Under the pieces are notes generated by a model. It was not told the DNA's origin. It searched no databases and saw only the letters and a list, made by a program, of their open reading frames with translations. The position numbers and the translations under genes are program-made. Positions 29,906 through 40,363 of a DNA stretch of 64,000 nt are shown one piece after another (the first letter of the stretch is position 1; every line of letters begins with the position of its first letter). The stretch comes from an uncultured virus (IMG/VR IMGVR_UViG_3300042434_001127) (lineage: Duplodnaviria > Heunggongvirae > Uroviricota > Caudoviricetes), in the IMG/VR virus record IMGVR_UViG_3300042434_001127, one strand, 5' to 3'.

Positions 29906-30705
29906 AACCAGCAAGTAGACAACAGCTCATTGATTACTGCTTAAGAAGACTGGGATATCCAGTTTTAGAAATCAACGTGGATGATGATCAAATTGATGAT
30001 CTAGTTGATGATGCGTTGCAGTATTTTCAAGAGCGTCATTTTGATGGTATTGAAAAGATGTATTTAAAATATAAGATTACTCAAGATGATATTGATAGAG
30101 CAAAGGCAAATACAACAACTTCAAAAACTGTAGGTGTTACTACGTTTAATTATTTGGAATCAAAAAATTATATCGAAATTCCTGATAGTGTTATTGGTGT
30201 TGAAGGTATTTTTAGATTTGATGATAGCACATTCTCTAGCGGAATGTTTAATATTGCTTATCAAATTTTCTTAAATGACGTATATAATTTTACATCAATT
30301 GAGCTTTTAAATTATGCTATGGTTAAAGAATATTTGGAAACTATTCAATGGCTAATTAGTCCCCAGAAAAAAATTAGATATACAAAAAGACAGAATAGAT
30401 TATATGTTGATATGAACTGGTCAAGTGTGGCAGTAAACAGTTATATTATTATTGATTGTTATAGGATTTTAGATCCTGCAGATTTTCCTAAGGTATGGAA
30501 TGATTCATTTTTAAAACTTTATTTGACTGCATTGATTAAAAAGCAATGGGGACAAAATATGATTAAATTTAATGGTGTGAAGCTTCCAGGCGGTGTAGAA
30601 CTTAATGGTAGACAAATTTATGAAGATGCCATTAATGAACTAGCAGATATTAAGACGAGAATGTCTTCAGACTACGAACTACCACCTTTAGATATGGTCG
30701 GATAA
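29902..30705 (+). CDS. gp13: Neck protein gp13
   Basis: LIDYCLRRLG.PVLEINVDDDQIDD; KKQWGQNMIKFNGVKLPGGVELNG. Confidence 0.95.
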   Translation: MKPASRQQLIDYCLRRLGYPVLEINVDDDQIDDLVDDALQYFQERHFDGIEKMYLKYKITQDDIDRAKANTTTSKTVGVTTFNYLESKNYIEIPDSVIGVEGIFRFDDSTFSSGMFNIAYQIFLNDVYNFTSIELLNYAMVKEYLETIQWLISPQKKIRYTKRQNRLYVDMNWSSVAVNSYIIIDCYRILDPADFPKVWNDSFLKLYLTALIKKQWGQNMIKFNGVKLPGGVELNGRQIYEDAINELADIKTRMSSDYELPPLDMVG

Positions 30706-30706
30706 T

Positions 30707-32122
30707 ATGGCTCTTAATCCATACTTCATTCAAGGGAACTCTTCAGAACAAAGATTAATTCAAGATCTTATCAACGAACAGTTGAAGATGTATGGGGTTA
30801 ACATTGGTTATATGCCAAGAGGATATGCTCTTGAAGATGGAGTCTTAAGAGAAAATATTCTTGGTAGATTTAATGACAATTATTATATGGAAGCATATGT
30901 TGCTTCTTATGGTGGCTTCGGTGGTGGAGGAGATATTTTATCAAAGTTTGGTGTAAAAGCAAATGATGATTTATCTTTGATTGTATCAAGAGAAAAATTT
31001 GAAGATTTCATCACTCCATTTATTGAAGCTGAACTTCAAGAAGAAAATTTAAAAATATCAAACAGACCTAAAGAAGGAGATCTAATATATTTTCCACTGA
31101 CTGATACATTATACGAAGTTAAATTTGTTGAGCATGAAGTAGAGTTCTATCAATTAAACAAACTTTATGTTTATGAATTGAAGTGTGAGCCATTTATGTT
31201 TGAGGATGAACTCATTGATACTGGAGTTCATGAAATTGATCACAACATGGTTGAGAGAGGAATTGATGCAATTCTAACGCTTACGGGTATTGCAAATACA
31301 GCAGGAGCTGGAACAACTGTCGCTCCTACTGGAGGAGTCAATAGAGTTCATTTAGTTAACGACGGATGGGGATATACTTCTACTCCAATAGTAACATTCT
31401 CTGCTCCTCCAGCAGGAGGAAAGAGAGCCACTGCTGTAGCTATTACAACTCAAAGACCTGCTGCAGGTTATACCACCGCATATTCTATTGATAGGATTCT
31501 CATTACTGATCCTGGTGGTGGATATGTAACACCACCAACAATAACAATCAGTGGTGGTGGAGGTTCTGGTGGAATAGCTACGGCAGGTATATCAACTAAT
31601 GGAACAATATCTAGAATTGTCATCAATAATGCTGGATCAAATTATGCTAAACCACCAATAGTAACAATATCTGCTCCTGGTGCTGGTACAACTGCAACAG
31701 CAGAAGCCTTTATAAATTCTCAAGGTGTTGTGTCACGAGTTTATATTACAAATGCTGGGTCTGGATATACTACTATACCTTCAATAACTTTTACATCTCC
31801 AGGCATATCGACAGGAAACTATCTGTTGAACGAACTTATTACTGGAGCTACTTCAGGAACAAAAGCCGTTGTTAAAGATTGGGATGCTGTTAATAAAAAA
31901 TTACGTGTTTATAGAAGAACTGGAAGATTTACTATCGGTGAAGTTATTGTAGGTTCTGCTAAAACTTCCAATCATATTGGTATTGGATCAACTGGAAGAT
32001 ACATATTAAAATCAGTTGATTATTTTAACGATCAAGATTTATATGCAGAGAATGATGAAATTGAATCTGAAGCAGATACATTTTTAGATTTTACTGAAAA
32101 TAATCCATTTGGAGAATACTGA
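30707..32122 (+). CDS. gp14: Neck protein gp14 with repeat insertion
   Basis: EQRLIQDLINEQLKMYG; RPKEGDLIYFP; C-terminal DFTENNPFG. Confidence 0.92.
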   Translation: MALNPYFIQGNSSEQRLIQDLINEQLKMYGVNIGYMPRGYALEDGVLRENILGRFNDNYYMEAYVASYGGFGGGGDILSKFGVKANDDLSLIVSREKFEDFITPFIEAELQEENLKISNRPKEGDLIYFPLTDTLYEVKFVEHEVEFYQLNKLYVYELKCEPFMFEDELIDTGVHEIDHNMVERGIDAILTLTGIANTAGAGTTVAPTGGVNRVHLVNDGWGYTSTPIVTFSAPPAGGKRATAVAITTQRPAAGYTTAYSIDRILITDPGGGYVTPPTITISGGGGSGGIATAGISTNGTISRIVINNAGSNYAKPPIVTISAPGAGTTATAEAFINSQGVVSRVYITNAGSGYTTIPSITFTSPGISTGNYLLNELITGATSGTKAVVKDWDAVNKKLRVYRRTGRFTIGEVIVGSAKTSNHIGIGSTGRYILKSVDYFNDQDLYAENDEIESEADTFLDFTENNPFGEY

Positions 32123-32973
32123 TGTTAGGAACTTATTTTTATCACGGAATTATAAGAAAAACCATTATTGGTTTTGGAACTCTTTTTAATAAAATTGAAA
32201 TTAGAAAAACGGATTCTAGTGGCAATGCGGTTTCAGTATTAGAAGTTCCCCTTGCATATGGACCTGTTCAGAAATTCTTAGCAAGAATTCAACAGCAACC
32301 AGACTTAAGTAAAAAGTCTACATTAACTCTCCCAAGAATGTCCTTTGAAATGAAAGGTCTTCAATACGATCCATCTAGAAAGGGAAGCGTAACACAAACG
32401 TTTAAAACAGTTACTGATACATCTAGACTTCAGAAAGTATATTTACCAGTTCCATACAATATTAGTTTTCAGTTATCAATTATGTCCAAAACGCAAGAAG
32501 ATGTCTTGCAAATTATAGAACAAATCTTACCATTTTTTCAACCTGCATTTAATATTTCTATAGATTTAGTTGAGACAATTGGAGAGAAAAGAGACGTTCC
32601 CATTATCTTAGAATCAGTCAATCCACCAGATGATAATTATGAAGGTGGCTTTGATGAGACAAGGATTATCATATATACATTAAACTTTGTTGCAAAAACA
32701 TCATTAGTAGGACCTCTTGTAGATTCTACTGATAAGTTAATCAAAAAAGTTCAAGTTGATTACTACAGCAGCACAGCAACAAATGCTAAGAGAGAAGTTC
32801 GTTACGCAGCAACTCCTAAAGCACTGCAAGATTATAACGAGGATGGCGTAATTAATGCCGCCGACGATCCATTAATTGAACCTGGCGATGATTTTGGTTT
32901 TAATGAAACAAATTCATTCTTCCAAGATTTCAAAACTTACAGTCCATCACAACATACAGATTTAAATTTATAA
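32122..32973 (+). CDS. gp15: Tail sheath stabiliser/terminator gp15
   Basis: YFYHGIIRKTIIGFGTLFN; VPLAYGPVQKFLAR; LPRMSFE. Confidence 0.95.
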   Translation: MLGTYFYHGIIRKTIIGFGTLFNKIEIRKTDSSGNAVSVLEVPLAYGPVQKFLARIQQQPDLSKKSTLTLPRMSFEMKGLQYDPSRKGSVTQTFKTVTDTSRLQKVYLPVPYNISFQLSIMSKTQEDVLQIIEQILPFFQPAFNISIDLVETIGEKRDVPIILESVNPPDDNYEGGFDETRIIIYTLNFVAKTSLVGPLVDSTDKLIKKVQVDYYSSTATNAKREVRYAATPKALQDYNEDGVINAADDPLIEPGDDFGFNETNSFFQDFKTYSPSQHTDLNL

Positions 32974-32976
32974 ACC

Positions 32977-33393
32977 ATGAACTCCTTCGATAAAATTAGT
33001 GACGTTTTAAACGTAGAATCTGAGGTTTCTTCTTCAGAAATAGTTTCTGTGGAAAAGCCAGAAATTGAAAAAATTGATGAGCCTAAGAAAGATTATGAAT
33101 ATACTCGTGGACAATTATATTCTTTAATTGAAAAAGGTCAAGAAGCTGTAGATGGAATATTGGAAGTTGCTACCAGCACAGATCACCCAAGAGCTTATGA
33201 AGTTGCTGGACAGTTAATTAAAAATGTTGCAGATGTAACTGATAAATTAATTGATCTTCAGAAAAAAATGAAAGAACTTGATGCCAAATATAATGGTCCA
33301 ACTACAGTTAATAATTCATTGTTTGTTGGATCAACAGCAGAATTATCAAAATTAATTAAACAAGGTTTTCTAAATAGTAAAGAAGAAAAATAA
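32977..33393 (+). CDS. gp16: Terminase small subunit gp16
   Basis: DYEYTRGQLYSLIEKG...HPRAYEVAGQLIK; NNSLFVGSTAEL. Confidence 0.93.
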   Translation: MNSFDKISDVLNVESEVSSSEIVSVEKPEIEKIDEPKKDYEYTRGQLYSLIEKGQEAVDGILEVATSTDHPRAYEVAGQLIKNVADVTDKLIDLQKKMKELDAKYNGPTTVNNSLFVGSTAELSKLIKQGFLNSKEEK

Positions 33394-33397
33394 TACA

Positions 33398-34591
33398 ATG
33401 CAAGAGCAATTAAAACCTGCTAAGAGTATAAATCAAATAGCGGCTAAGCATGGGGTAAGTCCTTCTGTAATTAGAAGGCAAATAGTCATGGGAACGAGTG
33501 TTGAAAAAGAGCATACTAAGAATAAGCCCACTGCCATGAAAATTGCCCTCCAACACGTAGAAGAACTTCCAAACTATTATACAAAGTTAAAAAAGATGGA
33601 AACTAAAAAAATTACTGAAGATCATAAGGAAGTTGCCTCTGGCAAGATGAAAGACGAAGAAGGATATATGGCAAACGTTGAATTTGATCAAATTGAGAGA
33701 TCAATCAACGTTTTAAGAAAAGTAATTAAAAAATCAAATCAGCAAATTCCTGCTTGGGTTCAATCTAAAATTACCAGGGCTGCAGATTTTATTGATACCG
33801 CTGCAGAGTATATGCAAAGCGATGAAAACGTATCAGAGTCTGTAAAAAGAATTCAAACCTCTGGTCAGTTATATTCTATCATGATTATGTTTTTAAGTAA
33901 AACATATACTTTGAAAATGTACTTCCCATCTCCACAAGTTCCATCTAGAGATGAAGTAAATGATGCCGTTCAAAAAGTATATCCTGGTGGAAAAGTTCTT
34001 GCATATTATCCATGCATGACAAGTACGAACTCTGGATATGTAGTCGCTAACGAAGAGAACGTAGCTGAAGCAAGTCCATTTAGTTCTGATTTTGAAGTTA
34101 GAAAATCATCAGGAGCTGGGGCATTAACACCCGCTGCTGCTTCACAATTGGGACAAAAAGCCATAGATCTTCAAAAGAAAAAAGCAGCTGCTGTAGGTCT
34201 TCCAAATTTAAGTCCTGGTTCAGGAATGGTTAGAACTGCAGATTCTTATAAAGCTGAAGGTGAAGATATTCAAGAAAATACCACAATTGATACTCCAGAA
34301 AAGCGTCGTAAGAACTATCTTTTAAATATTGGTGTCATTGGTGAAGGTGCTGCTTGGACTCGTAAGGAAGGTCAAAACAAAAAAGGCGGTCTAAACGAGA
34401 AAGGTAGAAAGTCTTATGAAAGAGAAAATCCTGATAGTGATCTAAAAGCACCTTCAAAAAAAGTTGGTAATCCTCGTAGAGCATCATTCTGCGCTCGTAT
34501 GAGAGGTATGAAAAACAAACGTACCAGCAAAAAAACTGCTAGTGATCCTAATAGCAGAATCAATAAGTCCCTTAGAGCTTGGAATTGCTGA
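33398..34591 (+). CDS. Modular putative internal virion polyprotein
   Basis: TAAATA at 33371-33376; modules MGTSVEKEHT...IALQHVEELPNYY, PAWVQSKITRAADFI and AAWTRKEGQNKKGGLN...SLRAWNC separated by [IV]xE linkers. Confidence 0.75.
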   Translation: MQEQLKPAKSINQIAAKHGVSPSVIRRQIVMGTSVEKEHTKNKPTAMKIALQHVEELPNYYTKLKKMETKKITEDHKEVASGKMKDEEGYMANVEFDQIERSINVLRKVIKKSNQQIPAWVQSKITRAADFIDTAAEYMQSDENVSESVKRIQTSGQLYSIMIMFLSKTYTLKMYFPSPQVPSRDEVNDAVQKVYPGGKVLAYYPCMTSTNSGYVVANEENVAEASPFSSDFEVRKSSGAGALTPAAASQLGQKAIDLQKKKAAAVGLPNLSPGSGMVRTADSYKAEGEDIQENTTIDTPEKRRKNYLLNIGVIGEGAAWTRKEGQNKKGGLNEKGRKSYERENPDSDLKAPSKKVGNPRRASFCARMRGMKNKRTSKKTASDPNSRINKSLRAWNC

Positions 34592-34592
34592 T

Positions 34593-34913
34593 ATGAAAAG
34601 CTTCAATCAATTTCTTTCAGAAAACGTTACTATTAATGGTGACTTCAATGGAACTTTAAACATTGGTGGTCAACAAGAACCACAACAAGTTGGTGAGGAA
34701 TTTATTGCCGATCTTGTTTGGAGAGGGCAGTTTTATAGAATGGAGATGACATCTAAAGATGGTATTCCATCAAAAGAAAAATTAGCAGAACATCTTCAAG
34801 CTGAATATCCTGGCGTTATTATACAACAAATTTATCCTGTACATCATCAGGAAAGTTCTATCAATATTAAAGATTCTAAAAGATATCATTACGCAAAATT
34901 AGATTGGGTTTAA
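34593..34913 (+). CDS. Putative internal virion protein (MKSFNQFLSE N-terminus)
   Basis: ATG 34593 just after the previous stop; domain resembles the middle of the 33398 ORF. Confidence 0.7.
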   Translation: MKSFNQFLSENVTINGDFNGTLNIGGQQEPQQVGEEFIADLVWRGQFYRMEMTSKDGIPSKEKLAEHLQAEYPGVIIQQIYPVHHQESSINIKDSKRYHYAKLDWV

Positions 34914-34916
34914 TTC

Positions 34917-36191
34917 ATGGCTCAGTGGAATAAGAAAACACAGGACTTCTTAGATCAAGAAAGATCTTTATTTGAAGTTTTTAATATTGCAGATCACTGG
35001 GGAAACCAGACAGATTGGAGACCTCAATTTTCTAATAACAACAGATTCAAAATATCTCCATATCAAACAGTATTCTTCAATACCTTTCAGTATGGCAAAG
35101 AGACTGATGTATGGGATGAAAGAGTAGTTGGAGTAGGAACTGCAACATTTAATGCAAATGCCAGTAATGTTATAATGCAAGTTGGTTCTACTGCTGGTAG
35201 TAAAATCGTTCGTCAAACCAAGAATGTAATGAGATACATTCCTGGTAGAGGTGCAACTCTTGCATTTGCAATTCGTCTTGAACAACCACAAGTAGGTATT
35301 CGCAGAAGATTTGGATTGTTTGATGATAATAATGGTATTTTCTTTGAGGATAATGGAGGAACATATTCTTATGTAATTCGCAGTAGTGTAACTGGAATTG
35401 TTACAGAAACCAGAGTATACAGAGATGAATGGAATGGTGAAAAGTTTGATGGTAATGGGTGGACTGGAGTAACTGCAGATCCAACAAAACAACAAATGAT
35501 TTCCATCAATTATGAATGGTATGGTGCAGGTATAATTCAATTTGCTTGGTTGATGAAGAATGAGACTGTTGCATCTCATACTTTTGAGAACTCAAATACT
35601 AATCCAGGAGTTTGGTGTTCTACTCCTTTCTTACCTATTAGACTTGAGATAGAAAATGTAACTGGTGTTGCAGGAACTCATTACATCTATCAAGGTTCCA
35701 ATTCTCTTATTCAGGAAGGAGAACCAGAAAAACTTGGAACTCTTTTGAGCATCTCAAATCCCATCACAGGGACAACGATGCAATCCGCAAACACATTCTA
35801 TCCAATTATAAGTCTTCGTCTAAAGTCTAGTAATTTAGGTGCGGTAATGCTCTTGAGATCATTACAGGCAGCAACTGATGATAATACGAATGTTTATTGG
35901 CAACTTCTACAAAATGCAACACTGACTGGAGGAACTTGGGTAAATCATCCCGATCCAAACTCTTTTATGCAGTATAATATTACTCAAACTGCAGTATCTG
36001 GTGGAGACGATCTTTTGAGTGGTTTTGTAATTAATGGCAGTGGTGCGTTAGTTGATCTTGATGTTAGAGCAGCACTTCAGTTAGGTAGAAGTGGCATTGG
36101 AACAATTAGTGATACTTATACACTTGTTTGTGCAAGTCCCAATACTAACAAAAAAGCACTTGCGGTTCTAAACTGGATTGAACAAAGGTAA
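34917..36191 (+). CDS. Beta-rich putative virion protein
   Basis: 424 aa; MRYIPGR, RRFGLFD, YEWYGAG motifs; carries GVGT/GIGT tags. Confidence 0.65.
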   Translation: MAQWNKKTQDFLDQERSLFEVFNIADHWGNQTDWRPQFSNNNRFKISPYQTVFFNTFQYGKETDVWDERVVGVGTATFNANASNVIMQVGSTAGSKIVRQTKNVMRYIPGRGATLAFAIRLEQPQVGIRRRFGLFDDNNGIFFEDNGGTYSYVIRSSVTGIVTETRVYRDEWNGEKFDGNGWTGVTADPTKQQMISINYEWYGAGIIQFAWLMKNETVASHTFENSNTNPGVWCSTPFLPIRLEIENVTGVAGTHYIYQGSNSLIQEGEPEKLGTLLSISNPITGTTMQSANTFYPIISLRLKSSNLGAVMLLRSLQAATDDNTNVYWQLLQNATLTGGTWVNHPDPNSFMQYNITQTAVSGGDDLLSGFVINGSGALVDLDVRAALQLGRSGIGTISDTYTLVCASPNTNKKALAVLNWIEQR

Positions 36192-36196
36192 TTTTT

Positions 36197-37894
36197 ATGA
36201 GTGATAACATTTATCTTGGTAATCCTAATTTAAAAAAGGCTAATACACCTATTGAGTTTACCGCTGAGCAAATTGAAGAGTTTATTAAATGTAAACAAGA
36301 TCCTGTATATTTTGCACAAAATTATGTCAGAATTGTAAACGTTGATAAAGGTTTAATACCTTTTGATATGTATGCTTTCCAAGAGAAGTTAATTAGAAAT
36401 TTCCATAATAATAGATTTAATATTTGTAAGATGCCTCGTCAGACTGGTAAGTCTACAACTGTGGTTTCTTATTTGTTACATTATGCAGTTTTTAACGACA
36501 ATGTTAACATTGGTATTTTAGCAAACAAAGCATCAACTGCAAGAGAGTTATTAGAAAGATTGCAAACAGCGTATGAGAATCTTCCTAAGTGGATGCAGCA
36601 AGGCATTATTGCATGGAACCGAGGAAGCCTAACTTTAGAAAATGGCTCCAAAATCATGGCAGCATCTACGTCTAGTTCTGCCGTCCGAGGAATGTCATTC
36701 AACATTATCTTCTTGGACGAATTTGCGTTCATTCCAAATCACATTGCTGATGACTTCTTTAGTTCAGTATATCCTACAATTTCATCTGGTACATCAACTA
36801 AAGTAATTATTGTTTCTACCCCCAAGGGTATGAATCATTTTTACCGTCTTTGGCATGACGCTGAGCGTGGTAGAAACCAGTATGTAACGACCGAAGTTCA
36901 CTGGTCAGAAGTCCCTGGTCGTGATGCTGAATGGAAAGAGCAAACTATTGCAAACACATCGAAACAACAGTTCTCTCAAGAATTTGAGTGCGAATTTTTA
37001 GGATCTGTTGATACATTAATATCAGCATCAAAGTTAAAGTCTTTGGTATATGAAGATCCGATTAAAACAAATAAGGGATTGGACGTATATCAAGAAGCTA
37101 TAGAAGGTAATAGTTATATCTTAACTGCGGACGTTGCTAGAGGGGTATCGCACGATTATTCTGCATTTGTTGTTTTTGATATAACAACTTTTCCATATAA
37201 GATTGTAGCAAAATATCGAAATAACGAAATCAAACCAATGCTATTTCCAAGCATTATTGAGCAGGTAGCAGTGGCATATAATAAAGCATACGTGTTGATT
37301 GAAACCAACGACGTTGGTGATCAGGTTGCTTCAATCCTACAATTTGATCTTGAGTATGATAACCTTCTTATGGTTGCTATGAGAGGTAGAGCTGGTCAGA
37401 TTGTGGGTCAGGGATTTTCTGGTACAAAATCTCAGTTGGGATTGAAGATGAGTAAGACTGTTAAAAAAGTTGGATGCTCTAATTTAAAAACATTAATTGA
37501 AGATGATAAACTAATCTTTTCGGATTATGATGTTATCAGTGAGCTTACCACATTTATCCAAAGAAATCAATCTTTTGAAGCTGAAGAAGGATGTAATGAT
37601 GACTTAGCAATGTGTTTGGTTATATTTGCATGGTTAGTTGTTCAACCTTATTTCAAGGAGATGACAGACAATGATGTTCGTAAAAGAATTTATGAGGAAC
37701 AGAAAAACCAAATTGAGCAAGATATGGCTCCATTTGGATTTATTGTGGACGGTTTGGAAGACCTCACAGGTTTTGTAGAAGAGGAAACTGGAGATCGTTG
37801 GTTATTTGCTAGTCAAAAAGACCAAAAGGCTTGGGATGATAAATGGCATGTAGACGAGTATGGGGATAAGTCTTACATGTGGGACTATCGGTAA
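36197..37894 (+). CDS. gp17: Terminase large subunit gp17
   Basis: Walker A PRQTGKST, Walker B IIFLDEFAF, nuclease ADVARG and NDDLAM. Confidence 0.98.
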   Translation: MSDNIYLGNPNLKKANTPIEFTAEQIEEFIKCKQDPVYFAQNYVRIVNVDKGLIPFDMYAFQEKLIRNFHNNRFNICKMPRQTGKSTTVVSYLLHYAVFNDNVNIGILANKASTARELLERLQTAYENLPKWMQQGIIAWNRGSLTLENGSKIMAASTSSSAVRGMSFNIIFLDEFAFIPNHIADDFFSSVYPTISSGTSTKVIIVSTPKGMNHFYRLWHDAERGRNQYVTTEVHWSEVPGRDAEWKEQTIANTSKQQFSQEFECEFLGSVDTLISASKLKSLVYEDPIKTNKGLDVYQEAIEGNSYILTADVARGVSHDYSAFVVFDITTFPYKIVAKYRNNEIKPMLFPSIIEQVAVAYNKAYVLIETNDVGDQVASILQFDLEYDNLLMVAMRGRAGQIVGQGFSGTKSQLGLKMSKTVKKVGCSNLKTLIEDDKLIFSDYDVISELTTFIQRNQSFEAEEGCNDDLAMCLVIFAWLVVQPYFKEMTDNDVRKRIYEEQKNQIEQDMAPFGFIVDGLEDLTGFVEEETGDRWLFASQKDQKAWDDKWHVDEYGDKSYMWDYR

Positions 37895-37906
37895 GAAGAA
37901 GGAATT

Positions 37907-37914
37907 TATAAATA
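37907..37914 (+). promoter_or_regulatory. Late promoter
   Basis: TATAAATA before gp18. Confidence 0.8.
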
Positions 37915-37952
37915 TTTCATAGAGCAAATGAAGAACTACTAGAGGAATCCAA

Positions 37953-40328
37953 ATGGCTTTAGGTTTAGTTTCACCTGGAATTAAAGTTAGAGAAGTAGAT
38001 CTAACTGTTGGAAGGATTGATTCCGTAAGTCAATTAACTGGTGCTTTTGTTGGACCTTTTGAAAGAGGTCCTGTGGAGGAAGCCACATTAGTTGAGAGCG
38101 AAAAAGATTTAATTAATAAGTTTGGTAAGCCAAGCGAAAATGATAATCAGTACGAATATTGGTATAGTGCATCAAACTATTTAACTTATGGTGGCGTATT
38201 GCGTGTAGTCAGAGCTGACGGAGCAAACTTAAACAACGCAAACGCACCAACAGCTGTAGGTCTTGGATCTACAACTGTTAAGATCAAGAACTACGAAGAT
38301 TATACCACAAACTACTCTTCACCATCAACCTGGCACTGGGCAGCAAAAGATCCAGGTGTTTGGGCAAACGGATTAAAAGTTTGTGTTATTGATGCTTTTG
38401 CAGATCAAAGACTTATCGGTGTAAACACTGGCATTTCTACAGCAACCACTGCTATTACTGTTGGTGTTGCAACAACTGCAGGAACCTTTAGCGAAGCATA
38501 TGATGTTAGCGTTGGTGTTGACACCACTGGATTACTTGTTAATGATGCAGTTTCAGGAACTTATATCGGTGCAGGGACCACAATTCTTGCAATCGGTGTT
38601 GGTACTGTATATCTTTCAGTTCCTTCTTCCGCAGTAGGGGCTGCTACTACTGATTTAACGTTTAGTAGAACCACCACAACTACTCAATTATATTCAGCGG
38701 TAACAGTTGGAGCTGCTGTAACGCAAATTGGTACATTTGCAGTTGCTGGTGTAGGAACTACAACCGCATTTACTGGTTTTGTAAAAGGCATTGTTACTGG
38801 TATCGGCAACACTCACATTGATGTTAAAATTACCAGTGTTGTTAACAGCACAACTCAAGTAGAAACTGCAGTAACTTATACTCCAGATCTTTATGCATTT
38901 AATGCAACTACCGTTAATGGATTCATTGGAATTGGTACAACTGGAACAAGTACTGCCACTGCTCTTGATTGGTACAACCAGCAAAGTCTTGGATTAGTAA
39001 ATTCAACTGTTTACTGGAATTCGATTGCTCCTAAGCCAGGAACTTCAACCTACGCTAATAGCAGAAGCGCCAAGAACGACGAAATTCATGTTGTCGTTGT
39101 TGATGATAGTGGTTCGGTAACTGGAATTGCTGGAAATATCCTTGAGAAGCACATTGGTTTATCTAAGGCATCTGATGCTCAGCTTTCCCCAAGCCAGAAC
39201 ATCTACTACAAGGATTATATTGCACTAAGTTCAGGATACATTTATGCTGGTGCTGATTCTGCAGGTTCTGCAACTGGTTTTGGTGGCACTACTGGTGGTG
39301 CTTGGGGTCAGAAGGCACAAGGAGTAACATTCAATGCTGCTGGAGCTAAGAGCTATACTCTCCTCGGCGGTAACACCTACGGTACTTCTGGTATCTCCTC
39401 TGCTTATACAGATCCAAGATACTCAGTCACCCTTGGTGATTTAATGAATGGATATAGAATCTTTGAGACTGTTAAGGAATATCCAGTAAACTACCTAATC
39501 ATGGGTCCTGGTTTCTCGGATAAGCTTACCACTCAAGCCAAGGCAAATCAACTTATCAACATTGCCGAACTTAGAAAGGACTGTGTTGCTGTTATTTCTC
39601 CACACAGATCTGCAGTTGTTGATGTAGCTGATTCTGGCACTCAAACTAACAATATTATTAACTTCTATGATGCAATCACTTCTTCGTCTTATGGTATTTT
39701 TGATAGTGGTTACAAGTATCAGTACGACAGATTTGCAAATAAGTTTAGATATATTCCTCTAAACGCTGATGTTGCAGGTTGCCTTTGTAGAACGGTAATT
39801 ACCGACTATCCTTGGTTCTCACCTGCTGGTTCTAGAAGAGGTGTTATTAACAACGCTGTTAAGCTTGCATATAACCCAACTCAAGCACAAAGAGATCTTC
39901 TCTATGTCAAGAGAATCAATCCAGTCATCTTCTCTCCTGGATCTGGTATTATCCTTTTTGGAGATAAAACTGGTCTATCATATGCATCTGCATTTGATAG
40001 AATCAACGTTAGAATGCTATTCCTAACCATTGAGGCTGCAATTGAAAGAGCTGCTAGAACTCAACTCTTTGAATTCAACGATGAGATCACAAGATCAAAC
40101 TTTGTGAATATTGTTGAGCCATACCTCCGTGATGTAGTTGCCAAGAGAGGAATCATTGATTATAGACTGATTTGTGATGAGACAAACAATACTCCTGATA
40201 TTATTGATGCTAATGAGTTCAGAGCTGATATTTTTGTAAAACCTGCTCGTAGCATTAATTACATCGGACTTACCTTCGTTGCTACCAGAACTGGTATCAG
40301 CTTTGAAGAAGTAGTTGGAAGAGTTTGA
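37953..40328 (+). CDS. gp18: Tail sheath protein gp18
   Basis: SPGIKVREVDLT; PWFSPAG..RG; FDRINVRMLF; KPARSINYI. Confidence 0.97.
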   Translation: MALGLVSPGIKVREVDLTVGRIDSVSQLTGAFVGPFERGPVEEATLVESEKDLINKFGKPSENDNQYEYWYSASNYLTYGGVLRVVRADGANLNNANAPTAVGLGSTTVKIKNYEDYTTNYSSPSTWHWAAKDPGVWANGLKVCVIDAFADQRLIGVNTGISTATTAITVGVATTAGTFSEAYDVSVGVDTTGLLVNDAVSGTYIGAGTTILAIGVGTVYLSVPSSAVGAATTDLTFSRTTTTTQLYSAVTVGAAVTQIGTFAVAGVGTTTAFTGFVKGIVTGIGNTHIDVKITSVVNSTTQVETAVTYTPDLYAFNATTVNGFIGIGTTGTSTATALDWYNQQSLGLVNSTVYWNSIAPKPGTSTYANSRSAKNDEIHVVVVDDSGSVTGIAGNILEKHIGLSKASDAQLSPSQNIYYKDYIALSSGYIYAGADSAGSATGFGGTTGGAWGQKAQGVTFNAAGAKSYTLLGGNTYGTSGISSAYTDPRYSVTLGDLMNGYRIFETVKEYPVNYLIMGPGFSDKLTTQAKANQLINIAELRKDCVAVISPHRSAVVDVADSGTQTNNIINFYDAITSSSYGIFDSGYKYQYDRFANKFRYIPLNADVAGCLCRTVITDYPWFSPAGSRRGVINNAVKLAYNPTQAQRDLLYVKRINPVIFSPGSGIILFGDKTGLSYASAFDRINVRMLFLTIEAAIERAARTQLFEFNDEITRSNFVNIVEPYLRDVVAKRGIIDYRLICDETNNTPDIIDANEFRADIFVKPARSINYIGLTFVATRTGISFEEVVGRV

Positions 40329-40363
40329 TTTAAATAATAGTACAACAACGGAGTTAAAGAACA

